Positions 28,169 to 36,915 of a stretch of DNA of 64,000 bases are shown one piece after another (within the stretch, counting starts at the first letter, position 1; every line of letters begins with the position of its first letter). The DNA comes from Gemmatimonadales bacterium (lineage in GTDB: Bacteria > Gemmatimonadota > Gemmatimonadetes > Gemmatimonadales > GWC2-71-9), in assembly GCA_037189525.1 (NCBI GenBank), contig JBBCJC010000002.1, positions 125,908 to 189,907 of the forward strand, read 5' to 3'. Both the position numbers and the translations under genes were made by a program. The notes under the pieces are model-generated. The model saw nothing but the letters and a program-made list of their open reading frames with translations, searched no databases and was not told the origin of the DNA.

Positions 28169-29008
28169 ATGCGCATTCCCTCTCGACGCCGGACCTTCTG
28201 GCGGGTACTCGCTTTCGGCTTCGTCTGCTCCCTCGTCGGATTCGGCTCGATCATCCTGACGCGGCGGCCATCCAACCGGCGCCCGTGGATTGCCGATCAT
28301 GCCCGCGCACCGGAGGTCGTCTTCTCCGATTCGCTGGTCCGGATTGCCAACCTGCGCAATTTTCATCCGGTCGGGGTCGACTCGTTCATCCCGGCCTATG
28401 AGACGCGCACCTACGACCTCCGGCGCCTCAATTCGGCATGGTTCGTCCTGGCGCCGTTTTCCAAAGCGTGGCGCGGGCCGGCGCACGGGTTCGTCAGCTT
28501 CGGGTTCGACGACTCCACCTATGTGACGATTTCCGTCGAAGCCAGGCGCGAAGTGGGCGAGACGTACGGCGTCCTGGCCGGACTGGGGCGCAACTTCGAA
28601 CTGATTTATGTGGTGGGAGACGAACGGGACGTGATCGGCCGGCGCGCGGCATTCGGCGACGTGGACGTCTATCTGTATCCGATCCGGACCACCCCGGAGC
28701 GGGCGCGGGCCGTCTTCGTCGACATGCTCCGGCGCGCCGATGCACTGAGCGCAACGCCCGAATTCTATCATACGGTGCGCAACAACTGCATGTCGAATCT
28801 GGTGGCCAGCGTCAACCGGGTGGTCCCGAATCGGATCGACGCCGGGCTCCGTCTCCTCCTGCCCGGCTACGCCGACGAGATCGCCCGCTCACTGGGTTTG
28901 CTGGAGGAGGGCGTGCCGATCGACCAGATCCGCACCCGCTATCGTATCAATGAGGCCGCCGCTCGCTACCTCGACAGCGCGGACTTCTCTCGGCGGATTC
29001 GTTCGTGA
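28169..29008 (+). CDS. DUF4105 (Lnb-type periplasmic domain) protein
   Basis: N-terminal TM helix. GPAHGFVSFGF...YVVGDERDVI...EFYHTVRNNCMSNL matches my recollection of DUF4105. Confidence 0.7.
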   Translation: MRIPSRRRTFWRVLAFGFVCSLVGFGSIILTRRPSNRRPWIADHARAPEVVFSDSLVRIANLRNFHPVGVDSFIPAYETRTYDLRRLNSAWFVLAPFSKAWRGPAHGFVSFGFDDSTYVTISVEARREVGETYGVLAGLGRNFELIYVVGDERDVIGRRAAFGDVDVYLYPIRTTPERARAVFVDMLRRADALSATPEFYHTVRNNCMSNLVASVNRVVPNRIDAGLRLLLPGYADEIARSLGLLEEGVPIDQIRTRYRINEAAARYLDSADFSRRIRS

Positions 29009-29024
29009 GCATTTTTGTCCCCCC

Positions 29025-29053
29025 TTCCGCATTCCACGAATCGGGCGCATAAT
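29025..29053 (+). promoter_or_regulatory. Putative sigma70-like promoter upstream of the AP2-like gene
   Basis: TTCCGC (29025-29030), a 17-nt spacer, then CATAAT (29048-29053). It lies 50 nt upstream of ATG 29103. Promoter consensus for this lineage is unknown. Confidence 0.3.
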
Positions 29054-29102
29054 AGGTCCGTCGAACCTCCCCACACCTAACGGACTTCGGACCCACGCGC
29101 CC

Positions 29103-29381
29103 ATGGCGACACGTCGACTATCGACCAAATCCAAGGCCCCGGCAGCTCGATCCCGCGCAACGGCCAAGGTTCCCGGCATCTCGCGGATCGACCAGGCCAG
29201 TACCCGGACCTTCGGTTGGTTCTGTCGCGTAGGGTACCGCCCAACTCCGACCGGTACACGGCCCAAGTTCACGGCCTTCTTCGGCGACGCCAGCAACGGC
29301 GGCAAGAAGAAAGCCTACGACCGCGCCGTACTCTGGCTCAAAACGGTCGAACGAACCGGTAAAGCTCCCAAGAAGAAGTGA
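29103..29381 (+). CDS. Small basic stand-alone AP2-like DNA-binding protein
   Basis: 92 aa. GISRIDQASTRTFGWFCRVGY...KFTAFFGD...KKKAYDRAVLWL resembles the AP2/ERF strand-strand-strand-helix pattern (xRGV..r.WG.W.a.I...r.wLG.F...eeAa.AYD.AA). Lys-rich tail. Confidence 0.55.
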   Translation: MATRRLSTKSKAPAARSRATAKVPGISRIDQASTRTFGWFCRVGYRPTPTGTRPKFTAFFGDASNGGKKKAYDRAVLWLKTVERTGKAPKKK

Positions 29382-29406
29382 CGCGACCGAGCACGACCGC
29401 GCCCGC

Positions 29407-30612
29407 ATGAAGGCGTGGGTTCGCGGTTCGCTGGCGGCCGCCGCTGTACTCGTCCTCGCGGCCGCCGCGCTCGAGTTATACTGGCAATCGCTTCCGCCGC
29501 GCGGGCAGGCGATCACGCTGGACGCGCCGGATGGCCGGCCCCCGTCCGAGGGGATCGCGATACCCCGGCTGCGCACCGTGGCCGCCGCCGATGACGCCCT
29601 CTATGCCATCGAAGACCACGCCCTCTACGAAAGCCGGGACGGGGGCGCCTCATTTCGCTTGCTGGGCACATTGCCCAAACCGGAACGGGGCCTCGGTGCG
29701 CAGCTGCGAAACGCCGTCGCGCGGCTCCAGCTCATCCGGCGGATCCGGCTCAATCGCGGACCCGGGACCGTGGTCCGCCTGTCGACCGGGACGCTGCTCG
29801 TCTTCTACGACCGTATCTACCGGACGACCGACCAGGGCCGCTCGTTCGATGTCCTGGGCCCGTTTCCCGGAGGGTTTCCGACCGGCGGCGTTGCCGTCGG
29901 CGCCGGCGATACGGTGCTCTTCGGCGAATACCGGGCCGATCCCCGGCCCCATCCGGTCCGCCTCGTTCGCGGCACCGACGACGGCCGCCAGTGGGAGGTA
30001 ATCGAGCAGTTTGCCTCGGGGGTCACCTTCCACGTCCATTCCGTGACCTGGGACCCCTATCGGCGCACCTACTGGATTGCCACCGGCGACCGGGGCGACG
30101 AGGTCATGCTGCTCTCCGCCGATGCCGGCCTCAGCCGGATCGACACCCTGCTCCGAGGCACCCAGGACGCCCGGATCGTGTCGATGATCGTGACCGACAG
30201 CGCCCTCTTCTGGGGGAGTGACAACGACGAGGCCGCCTCCTCGATCTTCCGCTTCGACCCCGCCAGCCGGGCGCTGACCCGCTTGCAGGACATCGGTAAT
30301 CCGAGCTACGCCTCGGCCCGCCTTGCCGACGGCACCCTGATCATCACGACGACGTTCGAACCTGGCTCGCGCTTTACCCGGGAAACCAGCGCCTCCATGA
30401 GTTACACCAGCCTCTGGGCGTCGCGCACCGGCGAGCAATGGACCGAGATTCTTCGCCTGCCTGCGGATACCGCAGCCGCGTGGGCCGGCCGGCGAGCCCA
30501 GATTCAATTGCCGGCCACTCAGGTGCCACTTCCGCAGCTGGTCATGACGCCTTTCTGGACCATCCAGCATGACTTTTCGACTCTGATTCTTCCTTCGCCA
30601 CCGCTCCCCTGA
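29407..30612 (+). CDS. BNR/Asp-box repeat beta-propeller protein (sialidase-like fold), membrane-anchored or secreted
   Basis: N-terminal hydrophobic anchor. Asp-boxes SRDGGASF, TTDQGRSF and TDDGRQW. Confidence 0.7.
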   Translation: MKAWVRGSLAAAAVLVLAAAALELYWQSLPPRGQAITLDAPDGRPPSEGIAIPRLRTVAAADDALYAIEDHALYESRDGGASFRLLGTLPKPERGLGAQLRNAVARLQLIRRIRLNRGPGTVVRLSTGTLLVFYDRIYRTTDQGRSFDVLGPFPGGFPTGGVAVGAGDTVLFGEYRADPRPHPVRLVRGTDDGRQWEVIEQFASGVTFHVHSVTWDPYRRTYWIATGDRGDEVMLLSADAGLSRIDTLLRGTQDARIVSMIVTDSALFWGSDNDEAASSIFRFDPASRALTRLQDIGNPSYASARLADGTLIITTTFEPGSRFTRETSASMSYTSLWASRTGEQWTEILRLPADTAAAWAGRRAQIQLPATQVPLPQLVMTPFWTIQHDFSTLILPSPPLP

Positions 30613-30698
30613 CCGAACTCCAGACCTCGGCGCCGGAGTCTTTGGCGCCTCCTCATTTCAACGCTACCTTTCGCGCTGATCCATCAGTGGGCGGAACC

Positions 30699-32072
30699 AT
30701 GATTCGGAAGATTCTCGTCGTCGTCATCATCCTGCTAGTCGTGACTTTGGGTGCGGCCGCGTACGGATATTCCCAGGGCGCCATCGTGCCGGGCCTGGGC
30801 GCCAAAGATCTGGAGCAGGTGATCGATCGGCCGGCCACCGGAGATTCGATCGAACTGGCCAATTTCGCGAAGAACCGCTGCCGGTTGGCGGGCACCGGCA
30901 AGCAGGCCTGCTACGAAGAGATCTTTCTCGAACTGACGGAGCGCGGTCAGGTCCGCCTGGCCATGGATGCGCTTTCGGTCTTGAGCCGAATCGACCCGGC
31001 CTCGAATCGCTATGGCCACGACCTGACGCACGTCGTCGGCATCAACGCCTGGACCCCGGGCAAGGATGTCGGGACCGTGTACGAGTCCTGCACCGGTCTC
31101 TACCAGTCGGGATGCTACCACGGCGTGGTGCAGGCCTACCTCGATGCGCAGGGGACGGACAGCACTACGGTCTACGGCCTCTGCAATGACATGCCGGTGA
31201 CGGTGGCCAATCTCTGGCTCCGCTTTCAGTGCGTACACGGCATCGGTCACGGGCTGATCCAGAACACCGGCTTGCATCTGCCCAAGGCCCTGGCCGGCTG
31301 CGACTGGCTGGTCAACAGCTGGGATGCCCAGTCCTGCTACGGCGGGGCGTTCATGGAATTCATCGTGGCGGGGCGCGGCCAGTCGCACCATCCGCACAAG
31401 AAGGCCGGCCAGGCCGATGGCCATGGCGACCACGACACCCAGGTAAGTCATGACTCGACCGGTCATGACATGGCCAGCCACGACATGACGAGCCACGATC
31501 ACGCCGCCATGGTGGCCGCCGCCGATACCTTTGCGATCCGGAACCCGAACGATCCGCTCTATCCCTGTTCCGCCATCGACACCAAGTACCAGCCCTCGTG
31601 TTACGGCATGCAGGCCGGGATCATCATCGAGACGGTCGGGGCCGACTGGGGCAAGATTGCCGCGGCGTGCGACGGCGCGCCCGTGGCCATGCAGCCGTCC
31701 TGCTATCAGGGCATCGGGACGTACGTGGCGGGCTACACGGTGCTCGACTTGGACAAGTCCATCGAGAATTGCGCCCGCGGCCACGATGCGCTGCAAGCGT
31801 GGTGCTACGTCGGCGCCGTCAAGAACTTCATCGACGTGTCCTCGATCCCCGCGGACGGCTTTCCCTTCTGCGCCAAGCTGACCGATCGACGCTATGCAGT
31901 TGCGTGTTACAACGCGATCGGTGAACAGACCAGCGTGCTGATCCGGACCCCCGCCGATCGGGAGCCCGTCTGTGCCCAGGTACCGTCCGGCTACGTCGAA
32001 GCCTGCCGATACGGCGCCGGCCTGCCGGCCCCGCGCCCGCCGGAACTGACCCCGTTCCATCCCTCTGCGTGA
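30699..32072 (+). CDS. Secreted/anchored Cys-pair repeat protein with His/Asp-rich insert (uncharacterised)
   Basis: N-terminal TM/signal (MIRKILVVVIILLVVTLGAAAYG). Nine C-x(7-15)-C-[YVR]-x-[GAE] units. A His-rich stretch spans aa 229-268. Confidence 0.7.
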   Translation: MIRKILVVVIILLVVTLGAAAYGYSQGAIVPGLGAKDLEQVIDRPATGDSIELANFAKNRCRLAGTGKQACYEEIFLELTERGQVRLAMDALSVLSRIDPASNRYGHDLTHVVGINAWTPGKDVGTVYESCTGLYQSGCYHGVVQAYLDAQGTDSTTVYGLCNDMPVTVANLWLRFQCVHGIGHGLIQNTGLHLPKALAGCDWLVNSWDAQSCYGGAFMEFIVAGRGQSHHPHKKAGQADGHGDHDTQVSHDSTGHDMASHDMTSHDHAAMVAAADTFAIRNPNDPLYPCSAIDTKYQPSCYGMQAGIIIETVGADWGKIAAACDGAPVAMQPSCYQGIGTYVAGYTVLDLDKSIENCARGHDALQAWCYVGAVKNFIDVSSIPADGFPFCAKLTDRRYAVACYNAIGEQTSVLIRTPADREPVCAQVPSGYVEACRYGAGLPAPRPPELTPFHPSA

Positions 32073-32554
32073 GCGAAGACTCGGCGATGCTGGGCCGGAT
32101 GATCGACCACCTCGCTTGGGCGGATGAGCGGGTCATCGAGGCGCTCGCAGCGGCCGAGTCGGTCCCCACCGCCACGTTGACGCTGCTGGCCCACCTGGCG
32201 GCAGCCGAGCACATCTGGTATGCCCGGCTGACGGGCGCCACGCCGGCGCACCCGGTCTGGCCCGCGCTGAGCCTTTCCGAGGCCGCGGCGCTGAGTCGAA
32301 AAACCATCGAGGGTTTCCGGACCTTGGTGGCGTCGATGAGTCCCGACCACCTGCGCCGAGATGTGAGCTACGCCAACAGCGCCGGGACCCGCTTCACCAC
32401 GCCGGCAATCGACATCCTGATTCATGTCTGCCTGCATGGCGCGTATCATCGCGGCCAGATTGCCACCACCGTGCGGCAGGCCGGTGGGGTTCCGGTTTCC
32501 ACCGATTACATCCAGTTCGTTCGCGACCCCGCCACCACCCCGCTCCCGCGCTGA
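32069..32554 (+). CDS. DinB family protein
   Basis: MIDHLAWADERV...LAHLAAAEHIW...HGAYHRGQI four-helix DinB histidine pattern. The GTG start overlaps the upstream stop (GTGA); ATG 32087 is an alternative. Confidence 0.8.
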   Translation: MSEDSAMLGRMIDHLAWADERVIEALAAAESVPTATLTLLAHLAAAEHIWYARLTGATPAHPVWPALSLSEAAALSRKTIEGFRTLVASMSPDHLRRDVSYANSAGTRFTTPAIDILIHVCLHGAYHRGQIATTVRQAGGVPVSTDYIQFVRDPATTPLPR

Positions 32555-32570
32555 GTCGGCGCCCGCGGCG

Positions 32571-32612
32571 AAACGAAAACTCCCGCCCCGGCACTTGCGC
32601 CGAGACGGGAGT
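32571..32612 (-). terminator. Rho-independent terminator for the minus-strand dodecin-LysM-lipoprotein genes
   Basis: Stem ACTCCCG (32579-32585) pairs with CGGGAGT (32606-32612). An inner CGGC/GCCG pair is present. On the minus strand the hairpin is followed by UUUUCGUUU (complement of 32571-32579). Confidence 0.6.
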
Positions 32613-32635
32613 CATCCGATTGAAGACAGCCGGTA

Positions 32636-33073
32636 TCAGCGCCGGACTTCGAATTCCTTCTCGCTGACCGCGATCCCGTTCAGGCTGATCGACACCTTGT
32701 ACTTGCCGGTCGGCCACGCCGAAGCCTTCATGATGCTGAACTGAGTGTTGGCCGGGCCGGTCGGCTGAATCTGGACCGTGGTCGAGTCGACCAGCTGACC
32801 GTCGCCGAAGGTCCAGACGGCGCCCAGCGCCGCGGAAGAGGCGACCCCCGTAGTGGCCACGGAGGCATAGATCGTGTCGCGAAGCCCGAACACGTCCGTC
32901 GGGGCCACCACACGCATCGACGCGTCGACGCTCTTACCGAGTTCGAGCCCGGCAAACGCCAGCGGCGGCGGGGCCGGCACCTCGGGCGGCGGCGGAGGCG
33001 GCGCCTTCTTGCAGGCCGCGAGCGACGTCAGGGCAAGTCCCGCGAACAGAACCGCACGGGTCATCATCTTCAT
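32636..33073 (-). CDS. Lipoprotein, uncharacterised
   Basis: MKMMTRAVLFAGLALTSLAAC lipobox, then a Pro-rich linker and a beta-rich domain. The start overlaps the LysM gene stop by 1 nt. Confidence 0.75.
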   Translation of the reverse strand: MKMMTRAVLFAGLALTSLAACKKAPPPPPPEVPAPPPLAFAGLELGKSVDASMRVVAPTDVFGLRDTIYASVATTGVASSAALGAVWTFGDGQLVDSTTVQIQPTGPANTQFSIMKASAWPTGKYKVSISLNGIAVSEKEFEVRR

Positions 33074-33336
33074 CAGGACGCTCCTTCCAATTCCGGGATG
33101 GTCAGCACCTGCCCGGGCTTGATGAGGTTCGGATTGGGGCCTACCACCGCCTGGTTGGCATCGAAAATCACCTTCCAGCTGTTGGCATTGCCATAGAACT
33201 TTTTCGCGATCTTGGAAAGGCTGTCACCCGCAACCACGGTGTAGGTCCGCGGAGCTGGCTTGGGCGTTTCCTGGATCGGCGCCGTCGAGTCTACCCTGCT
33301 CGTGACATCCGAAAAATCCGGCTTCTCGTTCGCCAT
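33073..33336 (-). CDS. LysM peptidoglycan-binding domain protein
   Basis: YTVVAGDSLSKIAKKFYGNANSWKVIFDANQ...IKPGQVLTIP is a canonical LysM. 87 aa. Confidence 0.85.
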   Translation of the reverse strand: MANEKPDFSDVTSRVDSTAPIQETPKPAPRTYTVVAGDSLSKIAKKFYGNANSWKVIFDANQAVVGPNPNLIKPGQVLTIPELEGAS

Positions 33337-33347
33337 CGATTCCTCCT

Positions 33348-33551
33348 CTAGGCGTTCAGGACGAACGTGACCTTCATGATCACGCGATACTGGACAATCT
33401 TTCCGTTCTCGACTTCCACCTTCATCGACTTGACCCACGCCCCCTGGACGTCATCGAGGGTTTTGCTGGCGCGGGCAATGCCCGCATTGATGGCGTCCTC
33501 GAAGCTCGTCTTCGACGTCGCCATGATTTCCACGACCTTGGCTACCGACAT
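33348..33551 (-). CDS. Dodecin family protein
   Basis: 67 aa. MSVAKVVEIMATSKTSFEDAINAGIARASKTLDDVQGAWVK...YRVIMKVTFVL matches the dodecin pattern. Confidence 0.8.
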   Translation of the reverse strand: MSVAKVVEIMATSKTSFEDAINAGIARASKTLDDVQGAWVKSMKVEVENGKIVQYRVIMKVTFVLNA

Positions 33552-33689
33552 GATTCCCCCTTTGGTGATGGTCTCGCGTGAGACTGGTGACGGCCTTCGC
33601 GTCCGGTGGCCACACCCCGGGTAACGATCATCCGGTAGCCCGAACGCCTCGCCGACCCGACGAGACCCCGAAACCTGCAACACGACCTG

Positions 33690-34130
33690 CTACTGGATGT
33701 CGTCGGTATCTACTTGACCCGAGATGCGGCGACTCAAATGCGACCAGCTCATACCCAAAGTCAGGACGACTGCCAGGGCCACCAGGACCACATGAGCAAT
33801 GGCTCGGCTGCTGTGGGCCTCGAGGATTCGCCAGTCGATCAGGGCCCAAACCAGCGCGCCCAGAATGGCCGCCACGAGGATGGCGCCTTTGACCCCGATG
33901 GCCCGGCGGGTCACTTGTAACAGAAAGACCCAAAGTCCCACCAGCAGCAGTCCGACCAGCAGTTTGATGGGGAGGCCCTCCCGAGCCGCTGCTGCCGGCC
34001 CGTCGACGAGGGGCTTGAGCGCCCAATGAAAGAACGAGTACCCTTCCGGATTGAAGGTTCCGTAGACCAGCACGACCGCCGCCAGGAATCGGCCGAGGAC
34101 TCCCGTGGCAGAGATGGATTCGGATTGCAT
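33690..34130 (-). CDS. Hypothetical integral membrane protein
   Basis: 146 aa with four hydrophobic helices. It lies upstream of, and co-directional with, the dodecin gene. Confidence 0.6.
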   Translation of the reverse strand: MQSESISATGVLGRFLAAVVLVYGTFNPEGYSFFHWALKPLVDGPAAAAREGLPIKLLVGLLLVGLWVFLLQVTRRAIGVKGAILVAAILGALVWALIDWRILEAHSSRAIAHVVLVALAVVLTLGMSWSHLSRRISGQVDTDDIQ

Positions 34131-34354
34131 GACACTCCGCGATGATGCGAATGAGGGACTCGGAATAAAGTAGCGCGGCGAGCGAACCGCGGCCAGCGAA
34201 CCGCTCGGGGCGTAGCAAGGATCTCGTCCTACGCCCGGATTGCTCGCGCCCGGGCACGATTCGGCGCTACCTTTGGGATGACCCCCTGGAACCTACGACA
34301 GCCGGACCTCATGCCTTCGTCTCCGTTACCAGCGGTCTGCGACAGCACCCGGTT

Positions 34355-35101
34355 ATGAAACCCAACCCCAAGAACGTCGCGTTGATCGCGCCGGTCCGCG
34401 CGGCCCTCATGCGTGCCGGCAACGCGACCCGGGCCAAGGGCGCCCAGGCGTACATGAAGTCGACCATGCCGTATCACGGCGTGGCGGTTCCCGAGATGCG
34501 CCGCCTGGTGCGGGAGATCTTCGACACCTACCCGATCGGCATGGCCGCCGATTGGCGTCAGGCCGTCGGCGACCTCTGGGATCAGGCGACCCATCGGGAA
34601 GAGCGGTACGCCGCCATCGAACTCGCGGCGCATCCGCCCTATCAACGGTTCATCTCGCTCGCCGTGCTGCCGCTCTATCGGCGGATGATCCAGGAAGGGG
34701 CCTGGTGGGATCTGGTCGACGGCCTGGCCGCGCGGGTGGCCGTCCTGCTCGCCACCTATCCCGATCGCCTCAAGCCCACCTTGCGCGCCTGGGCCCGAAA
34801 CGAGAACCTTTGGCTCCGCCGAGTGGCCATCATCAGCCAGATCTCGTTCCGGGAAGCGACCGACAGCCAGTTGCTCTGGGACGTGATCGCCCCATCGCTC
34901 GGTTCGTCGGAGTTCTTCCTGCGCAAGGCGATCGGCTGGGCGTTGCGGGAACATGCCAAAGCCCGTCCGGAGGAAGTGGCCGACTACCTCGCCCGCCATG
35001 GCACCGAGCTCTCGCCGCTCTCTCGTCGTGAAGCCATGAAGGGGCTCGCGCATTTCAAACAGCGCGGCCCGACCCGCCAATCCTCGCGGAGGAAGAGATG
35101 A
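34355..35101 (+). CDS. DNA alkylation repair protein (AlkD-like HEAT repeat)
   Basis: KGAQAYMKSTMPYHGV...EERYAAIELA...WWDLVD...LWLRRVAII...FFLRKAIGWALRE. Confidence 0.8.
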   Translation: MKPNPKNVALIAPVRAALMRAGNATRAKGAQAYMKSTMPYHGVAVPEMRRLVREIFDTYPIGMAADWRQAVGDLWDQATHREERYAAIELAAHPPYQRFISLAVLPLYRRMIQEGAWWDLVDGLAARVAVLLATYPDRLKPTLRAWARNENLWLRRVAIISQISFREATDSQLLWDVIAPSLGSSEFFLRKAIGWALREHAKARPEEVADYLARHGTELSPLSRREAMKGLAHFKQRGPTRQSSRRKR

Positions 35102-36705
35102 AACGCCGCCAGTTCATCGGAGCAACCGTCGCCACCGGACTCTCCGCGTCGATCGCGCCGAGTACCGCCCGAGCGGCCCGGCCGGAAGGTCGCACCATGG
35201 TGGCGGACGACTTCGAACTCAACGAACTGACCGTTGCAGAGCTGCAGAACGGAATGCAGTCGGGCCGCTGGACCGCGCGCCGCCTGGTCGAACTGTACCG
35301 CGGGCGGATCGACGCGATCGACAAACGCGGCCCCGCGATCAACGCCGTCATCGAACTCAACCCCGATGCCCTCGCCATTGCCGACGGCCTCGATGCCGAG
35401 CGACGCGCCGGCAAGGTTCGCGGGCCGCTGCATGGCATTCCGGTTTTGATCAAAGACAATATCGATACGGGCGACAAGATGCAGACGACGGCCGGCGCCC
35501 TGGCACTGGCCGGATCGATTGCTCCGCGCGACGCGTTCATCGTCGAACGGCTGCGCGCAGCAGGCGCCGTGCTGCTCGGCAAGACCAACCTGAGCGAGTG
35601 GGCCAACTTCCGGTCGCGACCGTCATCCAGCGGCTGGAGCGGGCGGGGGGGCCAGACCCGGAACCCCTACGCCCTCAACCGCTCGCCCTGCGGATCGAGT
35701 TCCGGCTCGGGGTCGGCCGGCGCTGCGAACCTGGCGGCCATCACCATCGGGACCGAGACGGACGGATCGATCCTCTGCCCCTCCTCGATCAACGGCCTGG
35801 TCGGCATCAAACCGACGGTCGGCCTCTGGAGCCGCTCCGGGATCATTCCGATTTCCCACTCGCAGGACACGGCCGGACCGATGTGCCGCACCGTGGCCGA
35901 CGCCGCCATCTTGCTTGGTGCGCTAACAGGTGTCGACCCGCGCGACCCCGTCACGGACGCCAGCCGAGGCAAGGCGCTGAGCGACTATCGCCCCGCGCTC
36001 GATCCCAACGCGCTCCGCGGCGCCCGGATCGGCGTGGTTCGCCGTCACATCAACGTCGCCGCCAAGGGCAACGCCGTCTTCGACACGGCGATTGCTGCGC
36101 TCAAGCAGGCCGGCGCCGACCTGGTCGACCCCACCGACTTCGAAGCCCCCGCGGCGCTCGGCGCTGCCGAAGGTACCGTGCTGCACTACGAGTTCAAGGC
36201 GGGCGTCGAGGCCTATCTCGCCACGCTGGGCGGGCGAGTGCCGCATCGGACGCTGGCCGACATCATTGCCTTCAACAAGGCCAACGCCGCGCGGGAAGGA
36301 TCGCCCTTCGGCCAGGAAAGCCTCGAACGCGCCGCGGCCCTGGGCGACCTCTCGAGTCAGGAGTATCGCGACGCGCTGGCCACCTCCCGCCGCTTGAGCC
36401 AGGCGGAAGGTATCGACGCCCTGCTTGCTCGGCACAAGGTAACGGCCCTGGTGGCGATCTCGACCGGTCCCTCCTGGCCGATCGATCACGTCAGCGGCGA
36501 TCGCTTCGGAGGCGGCAGCTCGACCTGGGCCGCCGTGGCCGGCTATCCGGCCATCACCGTACCGATGGGGATGGTCCAGGGCCTGCCGATCGGCCTCACG
36601 TTCATGGGCCCGGCCTGGAGCGAGGCGCATCTGATCGGGCTGGCGTACGCCTTCGAACAAGCGACCAAGGCGCGCCGCCCACCCACCTTTCAACCGGTCA
36701 TCTAA
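35098..36705 (+). CDS. Amidase (amidase-signature family), Tat-signal
   Basis: MKRRQFIGATVATGLSASIAPSTARA twin-arginine-like signal. AS motif CGSSSGSGSA...GTETDGSI. ATGA overlap with the upstream gene. Confidence 0.9.
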   Translation: MKRRQFIGATVATGLSASIAPSTARAARPEGRTMVADDFELNELTVAELQNGMQSGRWTARRLVELYRGRIDAIDKRGPAINAVIELNPDALAIADGLDAERRAGKVRGPLHGIPVLIKDNIDTGDKMQTTAGALALAGSIAPRDAFIVERLRAAGAVLLGKTNLSEWANFRSRPSSSGWSGRGGQTRNPYALNRSPCGSSSGSGSAGAANLAAITIGTETDGSILCPSSINGLVGIKPTVGLWSRSGIIPISHSQDTAGPMCRTVADAAILLGALTGVDPRDPVTDASRGKALSDYRPALDPNALRGARIGVVRRHINVAAKGNAVFDTAIAALKQAGADLVDPTDFEAPAALGAAEGTVLHYEFKAGVEAYLATLGGRVPHRTLADIIAFNKANAAREGSPFGQESLERAAALGDLSSQEYRDALATSRRLSQAEGIDALLARHKVTALVAISTGPSWPIDHVSGDRFGGGSSTWAAVAGYPAITVPMGMVQGLPIGLTFMGPAWSEAHLIGLAYAFEQATKARRPPTFQPVI

Positions 36706-36915
36706 ACACCGATTCCAACGACCCGAACCGACCCGAGTCCCGCGGGACGCGTGTTATCACAGGTGTGAGTGATTCTCCACCGCGATAGCGGGATTTGATC
36801 GGGTTTTGTGCAGGAAAAGCGTGAAGGGCGAGTCCTCCTTCTATCATCGCGCACGCGGTGGCTCATACCGCCCTGTACCTGCAGGGAACCCGAATGAGAT
36901 GAAGTGGAGGACCCT

